This document shows, piece after piece, positions 39,570-52,800 of a stretch of 64,000 bases of DNA. Each line of letters begins with the position of its first letter. Position 1 is the first letter of the stretch. Both the position numbers and the translations under genes were made by a program. The notes below the pieces were generated by a model that was not told where the DNA came from, did not search any database, and was given only the letters and a program-made list of their open reading frames with translations. Source of the DNA: Octopus vulgaris (lineage: Eukaryota); assembly GCA_951406725.2 (NCBI GenBank), contig OX597816.1:123814001-123878000 (forward strand), given 5' to 3'.

Positions 39570-40160
39570 GGCTGGGTTTCGGTTACTCCACATTGATAAG
39601 GAGCAAATACCCCAAAACTAGTCTGTGGTTGTCAAACCAGCAAGGGGAAGCTGCTGACCTCCTCTGTTCGAAGGTTATAATGGACACAGGTTTGTGTGTC
39701 ACATAGCTAGTTAGAAGCGAAGGCTGCTTGGAGTTAATCAACGGTAGCATTCTTCCTAATTTCCTGGACTGCCATGTTAGCTTGGCGATAACTATTGATA
39801 TCCAGTACCGCTGCCATAGTCTCCTTTAGAGAGACTTAGAAATATTAATATTTTGATTCTGGAAAACCGGTGGATGTATTCCACTGAATATGATTAAATA
39901 AACCCTTGAACAGACAGTCAGCAGTTACACCTGCTGGGCTTCAGCTATTTCACATTGATAAGGGGCAAATACCCCAAAACTAGCCTGTGGTTGTCAAACC
40001 AGCAAGGGGAAGCTGCTGACCTCCCCTGTTCGAAGGTTATAATAGACACAGGTTTGTATGTCACATAGCTAGCTAGAGGTGATAGCCTCTTGGAGCTAAT
40101 CAATGGTAGCATTCATCCTATTTTCCTGGACTGCCATGTTAGCTTGGCAATGACTATTAA
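39570..40160 (+). mobile_element. Old 362-bp-period tandem with degenerate minimal hammerheads
   Basis: ~210-bp direct repeat at 39588 and 39950, each starting (C/T)CACA-TTGATAA-GG(A/G)G-CAAATA-CCCC-AAAA-CTAG-(T/C)C-TGTGG; ends at (TA)n. Confidence 0.6.
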
Positions 40161-40337
40161 TATATATATATATATATATATATAATAAGGGATTGCTCCA
40201 AATGCTTACTGATTTTGTTTCAGTCAGGTATTCAAAATTAGTTATTCAACAGTTAATATATAAATCCAGGAATATATATAAAGAATTAATGGTAATGTTA
40301 TGCCATTTTGTAACAATCCTTGTTATTATTATTGCTG

Positions 40338-40368
<31 letters not shown>

Positions 40369-40415
40369 TATATAATCCAAACGGAAAAAAAAACAACAAC
40401 AATATACAGTATTAT

Positions 40416-40473
<58 letters not shown>

Positions 40474-40489
40474 GATGGTGTCGGATTGT

Positions 40490-40680
40490 GCCAGTTCCAC
40501 ATTAAAAGCACCCACCACATATTGTAAAGTGGTTGACATTAGAAAAGGCATCCAGCCGTAGAAACCAAGCTGAATCAGACTGGAATCTGGTACAGCTCTC
40601 TGGTTTGTCAGCTCTGGTCAAGCCGTTCAACCCATGCCAGCATGGAAAATGGACATTAAAGGATGCTGCTGCTGCTGAGA
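40490..40680 (+). mobile_element. RTE-tailed SINE-like fragment
   Basis: AAAAGCACC...GGCATCCAGCCGTAGAAAC...CCCATGCCAGCATGGAAAATGGACATTAAA. Confidence 0.6.
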
Positions 40681-42234
40681 CATGCATATATGTACAAATG
40701 TGTGTTAATCTATCTATATGCCTATCTATCTATCTATCTATATGGAAATTGTTATGGTTCTAACAGTGAAATATGAATATTAATTTAAACTTGGTATTTG
40801 TACTGTAGTTTTGCTTAACAAGATATGTGAAAGTTGAAACTGTGTGCAATAAAATACTTTTTACCTGTTTGTTTCTTATCCCTCTTTGATTTAATGAAGT
40901 ATGTTAGTATTGCGGTGACTATAATATAATAGCAATAACCTGATTTGTTCAACCGACCTTATTTATGAGTAAAATAATAATTAAGTTCAATTATTGTATG
41001 GCAAGATTAATGCACTGCATCAAAACAGAGAAACAGAATGGCAAGTCTATTAATTAAGTATTGAACTATAGTAATAGAGCGTGTGGTAAATCACTGAATC
41101 GGAATTGATAGTTTGCAAGCATTTAATTTAGTGTGTATTGGATCTCAAAATTATTCCAAGTATTGGATCAACTTTAAGTATTCAGTCATTCGCAAATGTT
41201 AGAGGCATATTAGAACTATAAGAACTATAACAATAAAGTGTTCATTGCAGGTCCTAAAAATGTGGAACCCGTAACATAGGCTACTCAAGGGCTAGGTTGA
41301 TCCAGAACTGTTAGTAAAAATTTTGTAGAGCCACTTCCTGAAACTTAGTTGTTCATTTTATTTACAAGGTATATGTAATGTTTGTAGAGGTTATTATATT
41401 ATCTATCAACAACGATGATGCTGTCACTGTCTGTCAGCCTGATTATTTCGATTATATTCCCTAATGTTTTACATAAAGCAATGAATCAAAATATATTGAG
41501 TTTTTATGCTATCATCCTTGATGCTTTTGTTTCACCTGTCAAACTTTTCTTTCCAACCATTTCAGTCCCGTATAACCTTTCTGACCTCATTTCTGGACAT
41601 CAGAAAAATGGAAGTTTAAAATCATAATGAGATATTAGTGAAACAATTCTTTCAGACCACCACTGTTCAACCATACGTGTTTTGGGTAGTAGAATGCAAG
41701 TTGATTGATTAGTTTCAATTTTGGAAGTCAAAATGAAAAATGCCAAATATCAACGGTTTCAACTTTTCTCTTGAAACTGCTTATCTATGAAAGGGTCTTC
41801 ATATCCATGCATTCCTATCAGTTACTGATTTCTAACATTTACAAATATATTATTCCCTCAGTTACATTTTATCGACATTTCTAATACTTGCACGTGAGAA
41901 AGGCATATACTTGCTATGAGGACTTCATCCATCATATATGAACAAAAATATACAACAAAGATTTATAATGGAAATAAGATTTGATTTTAAACTCATACAC
42001 ATACACACACACATGCACACACACACATGTACACACACACATACTTGCAATGCATCCCGGTGTTGCCTAGGTGTTATGACCTATAGCCATATTGTATTAT
42101 TTGTTCCTTTCTTATGGGCAGAATCAGCACAACTGATATACAGTGAACTGGATTACTGGTGTAATGGAAGTTATTGTTTGTTTAAAAGTGAAGCAGGAGG
42201 GTACAATATGTATATTTGTTTTGTTTGATCCTTC

Positions 42235-42525
42235 TCATGCCATGCCTGGCTCATAAGGGCCGGTTTCCCAGTTTCCTTGGCATATAGGTTCCCTACTTGG
42301 ATTGGACGCCAGTCCGTCACAGGTGAGCTGCAAGATGCAGGAAGAAAGAGTGAGAGAAAGTTGTGGTGAAAGAGTCAGCAGAAGTTTGCCATTACCTTCT
42401 GCTGTAGGCACGTGGAGCTTAGGTGTTTCACTCATAAACACACACATAGCCCGGTCTGAGATTTGAACCTGTGATCCCTCGACTGTGAGTCTGCTGCTCT
42501 AACCACTAGGCCATGTGCCTCCACA
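42235..42525 (-). mobile_element. tRNA-derived SINE (third family)
   Basis: Minus strand GTGGAGGCACATGGCCTAGTGGTTAGAGCAGCAGACTC...GGTTCAAATCTC (A and B boxes); related plus-strand relic at ~22880-23050. Confidence 0.65.
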
Positions 42526-43574
42526 ATTTGTATGGGTTTGCATGAAAGTGCTTTCTATTCTTAAGAAGAATCACAAACTATGTATTGCTTCATTCTCTAA
42601 AAGGAAGTTAATACAATTTTGCCCAGAAATTGTTTTCATAATTTTAGTTTTCCCCATCCCCACTGCAATTTCTTAAATTGTAACATTTTTACAAATTTTT
42701 TTTTTATTCATGTAGAAAAATACAGAGATTATGAGTCTGGGAAATATATATTTTTTTAAAGTTTAATTTTTCTTAAAAAAAAACACTCAGAGGCCCTTTC
42801 CCCACCTCACCCACCCATCACCTACCCACTTTCAAACAGCTAAAAACATCTTTATGTTTCACTTTCATCTGATGTTTCATGCATGCATAGAATTGTACTG
42901 AAATAACTGACGTAAAATATATTAAAGCACCATCAGAAAACCTGACATGCTAAAAACAACAGGTAAATGACATTATTTCTGAAGAGACTTCCTTGCTCTC
43001 CAATGTGCTAAAAGTGAAACATTGGGAATTTGTAGCTTTTTGAAAGTGGTGAGGTGATGGGTCGATGTTTAGGAAGGAGATTTTAGTGTTTCTTTAAGAA
43101 AGAAGGAAGAAGAAAATTCTTAAAGATTTGTACTCTGTATTTTTTTCTCTGTGGATTATCACGAAAGACATTAAAAAAAGTAAAGAATGAAGAAATTGGG
43201 ATGGGGAGGGAGAAAGTTAGAATATTGAGAATGTGTTTTTTGGGTGAAATCCTAATCTGTATTGAATATAGGAATCAAAAGAAATTTAGGTAAAAAATTG
43301 ATGGTGGAGTTTGTGCAAATGTCACCTCCGACATGCTAGAAACAACAGGTAAAGGACAGAATTTCTGGGAGAACTTCCTTTTAAATCTATATCGAAGATC
43401 AGGTTTTTAAATACGAATTACAGAAGAGAAAAAGATGATTTTAATTGGATTTGTGGTGTAATTCTGCATGTGCAAATAGCAAAAGATAGCATAATTCACA
43501 CAGAAGTTTTACCTAGAGTATGTGTGTGAGTATGTGTTTGAATGTGTATGTGTGTGTATGCCAAAGGAAGTTAT

Positions 43575-44775
43575 TATATCTTTATGCTTTGATGAGAGCA
43601 GAAATTGAATGAGAGAAGAAAGTGACATTCGCTTTGAAGTGAGAGCAGAAATTGAAAGAGAAGAGATGATGAAAGATGTATGTACGTCTATATGAAATGG
43701 ATGTGTGTGTAAGTGTGTGCGCATGTGTGTGTGTGTGAAAAAGAGAGAGAGAGAGAATGAAGGTATGTGTTGTTATGTATGTATTTTTTGCATGTATGTG
43801 TAAGTGGCGTTCATATCTTTCATATACACGTACATAAATACATATGCATAAAACTTTTTGAATGTATGTGTGCGTGTGCATGTAAGAGAGAAAGTAAGTG
43901 ATTGTATTTCCTCATAACATATAGAGAAATGGTTGTCTTTTAAGGTACACACTAATATAGAAAATGAGGTGATGTCGTCATGGTATAAAATGTCAATTAG
44001 GATAGTAGAATTATAGAAAGATTAGAATGTTAAATTTTTGTCATACAAATATGTAAATGAAAATAGAGTTTATTTGTTAACCAAAAGATTACTGAATCTT
44101 TTGAATCCCTGTACGTCAAAATCAACAACTCAGTTTTTGAACGTACTCATTAATTTCTGTAAAATTTTTTTATTTCTTTATGCTTTGAAGAGAGCTGTAA
44201 TTGAAAGGGAAGAGAAAGTGAAACCACAGCATTTGCTTTGAAGTGAGAGCAGAAAGTGAAAGGGAGGAGAAAGTGAACGATGTATGTATGTGTATATGAA
44301 ATGGACATGTGTGTGTGTGAGCATGTGTGCATACAGGTGCATGAGAGAGAGAGAGAGAGAGAAGGAGAAAGAGTGTGAATGAGTGAAGGTGTGTGTTGTC
44401 ATGTATGTGTAAGTGGCACTTATATGGTCTCTCTCTCACACACATACACATCTTTCATATACACATACATAAATACATATGCATACATCATTTTTGCATA
44501 AACGTGTGCATGTGTATGTGTGTGAGAGAGAGAGTGAGTGACTGAATTTCGTCATAACTTAGAGAAATGGATGTCTTTTAAAGTACACATATAGAAAATA
44601 TGACATCTTCCTCATTGTCATCATGGTATAAAATTTTTACGATAGTTGACTTATAGAAAACAATGTAAAATTTTTGTAATGCAAATATCTAAATGAAAAT
44701 AAAGTTTATTTGGTAGTCGTAAGAATCTTTTGATACCCAATAAGTCAAAGTTGGCCACTCAGTTTTAAATGCATA
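43575..44775. repeat. Old ~600-bp tandem duplication
   Basis: 43577 TATCTTTATGCTTTGATGAGAGC... to ~44140 is colinear with 44173 TTTCTTTATGCTTTGAAGAGAGC... to ~44770; diverged. Confidence 0.7.
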
Positions 44776-46689
44776 AGGAAGATATGCACACACACTGCAC
44801 TAACTCTCTTTGACATATATGGAAGTCGTTCCTGTCTGTCGTTCTCTCTGTCTGTCTCTCACATTCCTTGTGTGTCTATCTCTTCCTGTCTCCTCCCTTT
44901 CCTTGATATCAACCACCCTCATTATGCCACATTTTCCCAAACCTAACACATTTGCACCCCTCTCATTTTATCATGTAATAGTCCATTATCAAGTTTTATT
45001 GAAATTCAGTTAGCTTATAATTGAACTGGATGTTAGTTCAACATGTATTAAAAATTTGGTGAAGATTGCTTCTCTGGTTTGGGCATCAAGATGGTAACAG
45101 ACAGAAATTGCCATTTATATACAAGATATATATTATATATATATTATGTCTCGAACTAATACACCTGCTGGTTGTTTCTTTACCTATCTTCTTTTTTTTG
45201 ATTTCTATAAATTTGTACTATATATGCTGGTTCTTGCTTCACCTATCTTCCTTTTTCTTGTTTTCTGTAAATATGTACTATATATGTATATTTAAGGTAA
45301 TTCAGTTACGAAAACCAGTTTACATATTTCTTTTGCATTCTCTTTTTTATAATTGTCATTTGACTTGTAACTACACCTTTTCCATTTTAAAACCCATGAA
45401 GAATTATTTTGGGGTGGTTTTGTGGGGCTGGAATGGATTAATCATATTTCAGTGGGCAAAATTGATTTGTAAAATTAGTAAATCATAAAATGAGCTCAGT
45501 CATGGAATAAATTAAATTCGTACTGCAAGGCATCACTGTATTTATATTTGTGTAGTTTCTCTATCTCCATCATTAGAATTCATATATTACACAGAAAACT
45601 GATCTTTGAGTATTCTGAAGGATTTGGCTTATCTCTTAGAATAGACTTTTTATCATTCATTTAAATCTTTTGTTTTGTTTGTTTGTACTCTCTAATATGA
45701 TTTCAAGTGTATGAATCTGAAATTCTGCGAAGTCAGCTTTTATAGATCAAATTTTCACAAGAAGAGGCAACCATACAAAATGAAGTTTATTATTTTCTCA
45801 CCAACTTCACATAATCTACTATTACTTTCTATAGAAATAACTAGATGAAATACCCAGGGATGTGTGCTGCATGAAAATTTAATTGTTAAGTGTTTGCTAA
45901 CATACTTGATGTAATAAATCAAGAAATTTTATTAATCAAAATTATACACTTAGTGATGAAAAGGGTCATAATCTAAATGACTAATTCTAGTCCAAAATTA
46001 GAGGAGACAACTCTAAAATTTTAATTTAAAAAATAAATTAAATATTCAATGCAGTGAGAAGAAGTTGGATCATTAACAGTACAACTCTGACTTTAGCAGT
46101 CCAATGACAACTCTGAGCCTATTTAGGTCTTATCAAACTTCATCAAGGCAGCAAATTTTAAATGGCTAATCTGTAAAATCTGAGATTGACAAGAGAGGTC
46201 TTTGTGAATGAACACAGGGTGGTGTAATAAATTGAATGAGTGACTGGGGAAAATGTTTATGGACATCTGCTGCAATAAAACTTAACAGTAAAGTGGGTGC
46301 TAAGATATCTGTTCTGCTAAATCGCAACATTTTAATTGATTGGAATTACATCATCAATGATGAGAAATGTCATTTATTAAGGCAGGGAGACTTTTCTCCT
46401 ATCTTTCTTTTTATTTATTACACCACTCCTTGCTCATTCTCAATAACAAGAAAGTATATCCCTCTTGTCAGTTTGAGAGTTTTCAATCTTGGTTAGTTTA
46501 AGTTTTGCTGATGAAGTCACATAAAACAAAAACATGTCAGGAGTTTCACCAGACTGCTAAAAGACACTCACTAAGCACTGCATTTCATGTTTAATCCATT
46601 TATTTCAATTAAAATTTTGGAGTTGCCTCTCCTTCTTACATTTTTTTTCCAGAATTATTTATTCAGATAATTAATATTTTCATTCTTGC

Positions 46690-47212
46690 TTGTGAAGACT
46701 TGTTGAGGCAAGTGAATTGAAATCAAAATCAAAATCAAATACGATGATTGGCACCCATGCTAGTGGAGCGCTAAGAGTACAATATGAGTGAGATCCTTGC
46801 CAGAGCAACAAGCTGTCCTCCGTGCTGATGGCATGTTAAAAAACACCATTCGAGTGTGATCGTTACCTGCATTGCCTTACTAGCACCTGTGCTGGTGGCA
46901 CATGAAAAACATTCAAAGTGAGGTCATTGCCAGTGCTGCTGTACTGGCTCCTGTGCAGGTGGCACATAAAACACACCATCTGAGCGTGGCTGTTGCCAGA
47001 ACTGCCAGACTGGACCTCATGCTGTTGGCATGTAAAAGTACCCACTACACTCTTGGAATGGTTGGTGTTAGGAAGGGCATCCAGCTGTAGAAACTCTGCT
47101 AGATCAGATTGGAGTCTGGTGCAGCCATCTGGCTTGCCAGACCTCAGTCAAATCATCCAACCTGTGCTAGCATGGAAAGCGGACGTTAAATGATGATGAT
47201 GATGATGATGAT
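46690..47212 (+). mobile_element. RTE-tailed SINE-like element
   Basis: Same modules and (GAT)n tail as 5585-6030. Confidence 0.7.
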
Positions 47213-47269
47213 CACTGGGAGCGTAATTTCAAATAATCAATATTATTTTTGTTTTTGTCTAACTACATC

Positions 47270-47523
47270 TATTGGGTTGGTGAATAATTATTGCAGCTTT
47301 TTTCAACAAATTTTATCCATCAAAAACAATAACAATATTTAACAAAAACATCTTTAAATGATGGTATGACCGTCTGCCAAGCAATTGGGAATCAGTAATT
47401 GAAGTAGATGGTGAATATGCTCCGGAATAATCATTTAAAGATATCTTTGTTACAAGTCGTTATTGTTTTTGTTGAGTAAAATTTTTTGAAAAAATGCCAC
47501 AATAATTATGCATGAACCCAATA
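47270..47523 (+). mobile_element. Mariner-derived MITE (internally deleted)
   Basis: TA-TTGGGTT...AACCCAA-TA ends with long imperfect TIRs; the interior encodes YDRLPSNWESVIEVDGEYAPE*, a mariner C-terminus. Confidence 0.75.
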
Positions 47524-48767
47524 ATATGCTGGTACTCAGTAAGATACTCAGTTAATTTTTATCCTCATCTTCCAAATAAGATTTTTTAGAAGTTTCTGGG
47601 TGAAAGGGTTTGTTCTTACGCTGTCGTCTTTGAGTGTTGGATTTTCTAAACAGTAAAGTGTTTTTGCTTCTTCCATTACCACATTACTATCTCTTGAAAG
47701 ATATATTGACTTTGCAGGAGATTTTCTTGCTACCATTTAAAATAGCATTTTGCAGTCCCATCTTTCAGTTTGTTTTTATTTCTTTTTAATGCTGTCTACC
47801 ATTGTTTCACCACCTGCCTTGTAGTTGTTTTACTAAAGCTTGTGTTTTCTGTTTGTTGGCTTGTTTTACCAAAGAAAGAAGACAGCTGTTTTTGTTTTAT
47901 TTTGTTTTTGTTAATACTTTAGAGCTAGGCTGGTTGATTCAGCTTTTCATAAAAATTTGGATGATATTTTTGTATTCTGCTTTTATATGATACAATAATT
48001 TTTATAGGTACTGGAAGCTCACCTAACTTCATATTTCTGTGGTAAATATCACATTTGTGTCTGCCTTTGGATGTTGTATTCTATTATTATTGTTGTTGAT
48101 GATGATGCTGTCCCCAAAATGGTACGTGTTCAAAGGAGTCAGTACAAACATTCAAGTCCTAATGATTCCCACCTCCATAAACACACAACCACAAGACCAT
48201 TCTGGAACTATATCCTGTTGTAATTTCAGAAATAAAAGCAAAAAATACAGAAATTAAACTTGTGAGAATTAACACCACTTGAGTATTTCATACCCTGGGG
48301 AATGAGAAAGGCAGAGAAAGGGTGAGAGAAGTGGGCTGTTACAAAATAAGCAGTAGTAATAAGTGCACTCTCAATAACATCACTCTTTGCTTAATCAGTT
48401 GCAGCGCTGAAACCCACCTCAACCTCAGGGGTATACTTCACTAGTCATAACAGCAGTGGTCAATAAGAACAGGGTGTATGAATAGGAATGGCAGATTGTC
48501 AGAGTTAGTGCAAAAGGCATTAAAAGAATAGACTTTCTCCCAAAAAGTCTAACCCAAGCAAAATCAAAGAGAATGTGATGATTGTGTTGCCCTCCCAAGT
48601 GCATGTTTCTTCACATTTGTGGAAGTAGCAATGCTTTCTTCATGAAAATAATAGAAACCTCTAGCTAAACAAAATGTATATATATATATATATATATATA
48701 TACACTCACACACATACACATGCATACACATATATATACATATATATATATACATTTATATATATAT

Positions 48768-49887
48768 ATATTTGTTGTGCAAGATTTTTTATGTGAAGTC
48801 GTGTGTTGAAACAGATATTGTTATATTTCGGAATGGTCATATTGCCAGTTTAGCCAATAAAAACACACGCACTATATATTTGGTGTTATTTTGCTTCAGT
48901 GATATTTATTTTTTACATTAATCTTAATCTTATTTCGGCCAAAGTTCTTTCGTCACACTCCTGTGACCGCATCAGTGGTCCTTTGTTTTCTTCTCACTTA
49001 CTTGTGTCTCTCCTTACTAACCGTCAGCCATTTTGTATTTCTATTGTATGTCTTCATTTGCGCATGCTTATATCTCTATGTGCGTCTATGTTTATTTAGT
49101 GTGTGTGTGTGGGGGATGCCTGTAATATTTGTATCTTCTGGTTATATACATTCTTGTAATTTGTATTTTGTTTTTGTTGTTGTTGCTTTTGTTCTAATTT
49201 TATTCATGTGTTTACATCCACCCATTATTATCATTACATATGCTTGTATGTATGTATAACAACAATATTAGTAATAATAATAATAAATCTAATCGAGAAA
49301 AAAAAAAAAAAAAAGAATATACATATACATATATATATATATATACATACATATACATATACATATATATATATATATATACATATATACACACATATAT
49401 ACACATATACATATATATACACATATACATATATATAGATATTCATTTCTATTTCTTTAATTACCTGTGTATTTATTATGTTTGCAGGATCCACTATTGT
49501 CATATGTTGTGGTGTGCGCTATTGCTCCATTCTAGTTTTCTATTCAGGCTAGGTTTATTTTCTATTATATGTGTAGCTTCTGTAATTTGTCTAATTGTTG
49601 CATCTGTTCTATGTGTGGACAATATCTTAATCTCTATGTTATTGATTGATCCCCCGTGTTCTTGTTCGGCGTGTTGGTACAGAATCGATGAGCTTTTACC
49701 TTCCTTGAGTTGTCTCCAATGTTCATTCACCCGCTCACCAATGCTTCTTGCAGTTTCCCCTACGTATGTTACTGTCTTGTTACTGCATCGTCCCTCTATA
49801 CATCTTATACTATAGACCACATTTCTGGCTTTACAGTTCGTTTGTGGGCTAAATCTACATACAGTGCAATAGTTATCCGTACAGAGA
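48768..49887 (-). repeat. 3' pseudo-LTR (EN-coding end, 3'UTR and extension into ORF start)
   Basis: Near-identical to 53356-54475; includes the first ~24 codons [23 protein letters not shown] before (TA)n. Confidence 0.9.
48937..48981 (-). ncRNA. Non-canonical hammerhead-like motif in pLTR
   Basis: GGACCA-CUGAUG-CG-GUCACA-GGAG-UGUGAC-GAAA-GAAC-UU-UGGCC: 6-bp stem II, CCA/UGG plus GG/CC stem I, minimal stem III, but A9 replaced by CG. Confidence 0.5.
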
Positions 49888-52800
49888 GTTCTACTAAAAG
49901 GATAGATTCTACCAATTATAGATCTGATAGGGTTGCCTGGCTTTTCAACAACCTTAATTCTTAGTTTAAGTTTATCTAGGGTCCTTCTAAAGCGGTACGC
50001 TAGTTCACCTCCAGGGGTGGTGTCAACGAACATGACACTCTGGTATTTATGGCTATCATACCAAGAGTTGGCCTTCCTTATTTTCTTTTTGTCCTTTCTA
50101 TAGTGTTCCATGACTTGTTCCTGTAGAGTGGGCAAATCCCATTCCTATCATTACATAATATATTATCAAATTTCTTCATGGCTCCTTTGTATACTCTGAT
50201 CCTTTCTTTATGGCTGTAACCTGAGAACTGCATGCGGTGAATGAAATACTGTATGTGTCTCTTTAATTCTGTAGGCTCGCACATGCGTGACACATTTCTC
50301 ATTATTCTGACGAGGTCTGCCATCAAAATATTGAATTTGGCATTGCCCGCAATGGCTGAGTTCCGGTGGATCAGGTATTTTGAGGCCATAGGTTTTGCAT
50401 AGTATGAATGAAGGATTTGGGTTTTATTTTTCACAATTTCTAGCCAGAGTTCAGTGTCTAGTACTGGTAGTCTATGGTTGGGGTGTTTAGTGGGGTAGTC
50501 TATTGTGACCTTAATACTCTGGTGGATGGAGTTAGCTATTTGCTGGATGCTCTCCATAGTATTAGTTTCTATTACTATATCAACAGTACTTTCTTGTGGG
50601 GGTGCCTTTACTACTATATTGATATCATCAACATAGCGAGAGTACATGTTTACGAGTATGGATTTCTGCAGTAGGCATTCTTTAAGCCTTCTGTCCCACC
50701 ATACCATGAAGAGGTTGGCCACATCACCAGCGATACTAACACCGATGGCTGCCCCCTCGTCCTGGGCATATATTTTATTATTAAATTTAAATGTGTGGCC
50801 TTTTAGGGTAACTCTTATACTAGCTCCTAGTGCATGTGCGATCATTTTCTTTACCTGATGGACATTTGCGGGGCTCCGTATGGCTCTGGTCCATCCGCGC
50901 CATCTTTCTATATGTGTCTTCCTAGCCATAGAAGTAATTGTAGGCGGTCTACCTCTTAAACATCTACTGGGGCAGAAACTACTAAGATTATGTTTATCTA
51001 AGTATTCACTATTATATGTCAGTCTAAGTAGGAGGCCCAGTTCTTCTGTGTCGACATTACAGAACTCCACCTGGCTCTCGTTGATCATCTCCACGCACTT
51101 CTCCACTGCAAAATCTACGTCAATCGATGGGTATAGGGATACCACATCCATGCTACCTACTATACATCCTGTCAAGTCACAAGTTTTGTTACAGTCACTG
51201 ATCCTGCTTAGGAGATCTTCTGTGCTGTCACATACATCAGGTGACATCCTGATTATAGGGCGTATGATCATTGAGAGGAAGTAGGAGATTCTGTAATTGC
51301 TAGCGATATTCGCTCCACAGACTGGTCTTGTTGGTGGTCCTGCTATAGGGTCAGTAAAACCTTTATGGTCCTTGCGAAGTCCATACAGTGCCGGGATATC
51401 ATTGTTCCAGGCTTGGAAATTCTTTGCAGTACGTTTCTGAGGTCCCAGAACAATTGTCCACATCATCATGTGGGCATTGAGGACCTTTTCTCTCTCCTCA
51501 TGCGCCTGTACAGTTGTTACTTTTGTATTGGCGATATGAGGTTGCATTGCCTGGATGTAGTTCGGTAAGCTGTCTATTGACATCCTGCCGGACTTATCCG
51601 TGGGAAGGCATATCACCTCTCCGTTCCTCGTGCGCTGAATGAGCTTCTGTAGGCCACATGCAGGTTTAATCCCTAGTTGTTGGGCATCTGTCTTATTCTG
51701 TCTCTGTCTCTTAATGTATAAACCTAAAATCTGTCTAAGTTTGGTCCTAGCTATAGTGAACTGTGCTTCCATGTGGTCATTAGTACGTCTTGGGATGTAT
51801 ACCCTTTTGTTGAAGGGTAATGTTGTTGGATAAATTCGGTTCATGCAGTAAGTTTTGTCGCATACGTTGAAGAATTGAGTGTCAAAGGGATGGGTATACA
51901 TGTCAATGGTCTCTCTAGGGTTATCTTCATTATCGTTACTGTTTCCAACATCAGCCTTCCTATTATTATTATCACCATTACCACTACTACTACTACTACT
52001 AGTATTCCTATTACCACCACAACTATCACTACTATCCTCATTACTACTTCTACTGTTACCATCACCACTACTACTACCACTATTATTGTTATTACCTTTA
52101 TTCCTACCATTGCCATTATTACTATCATCGCTAGTGATATATTCATTGTTCCTGTTTCTGGTATATGTGTTGTTTATATTAGTGTTGGGTTTTATGTCTG
52201 TCTGTTGGTCCCTGTCAATCCCCCTGTTGCGGTCGTTATTTTTGTTCCTATGAGTATTGTTATCTGTTTCAAGTCCGCTGACTCCCTGTCCAAGGATCCT
52301 GTTGCATTCAACTTTATTCTCCATCGTGACCCCTATGACACAACTTTTATTCGTGTTTTTGTGACTATGGCTATCTGTGTGTGTGTTTGTGTGTCGGTTC
52401 TCCCTATAATTGTTGTTGTTGTTGCTGTTGTATACGATTTTTCTCTCTCTGTTTGTGTTTTTGTTTTTGTATCTATTGTTTGTGTCTATGCATACATTTT
52501 TTCTATTGTTATTGTTGTTGTCGCTGTTAGGGTTCGTGTTGTTGTTGTTGTTGTTGCCGCTGTTAGGGTTCGTGTTGCTTTTGTTGCTACGGTTGTTATT
52601 GTTGCGGTCATTATTGTTTGTGTTGTTGTTGCTGCGGTTAGTGTTTTTCGCGTTGTTGTTGTTGTCGCAAGTGTTGTTGTCATAGTATCTATTTAAATTC
52701 CAACGTATTTTTGTGAACGACTTTTCAATCTCGGACAGGCATTTGATGGTATTCACTTTACTATACACTGCATACTTTGGTGGTAGTTGAAGTATCGATA

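Noticed and set aside
46505-46545. CTGATGA...AAAACATGTC-AGGAG possible minimal hammerhead
   Set aside because: G12 is missing and stems I and II do not pair; at best an unrecoverable relic.
51841-52696. Antisense and alternative-frame hydrophobic ORFs (273 aa, 124 aa, etc.)
   Set aside because: Shadows of the trinucleotide-rich Asn linker of the PLE ORF.
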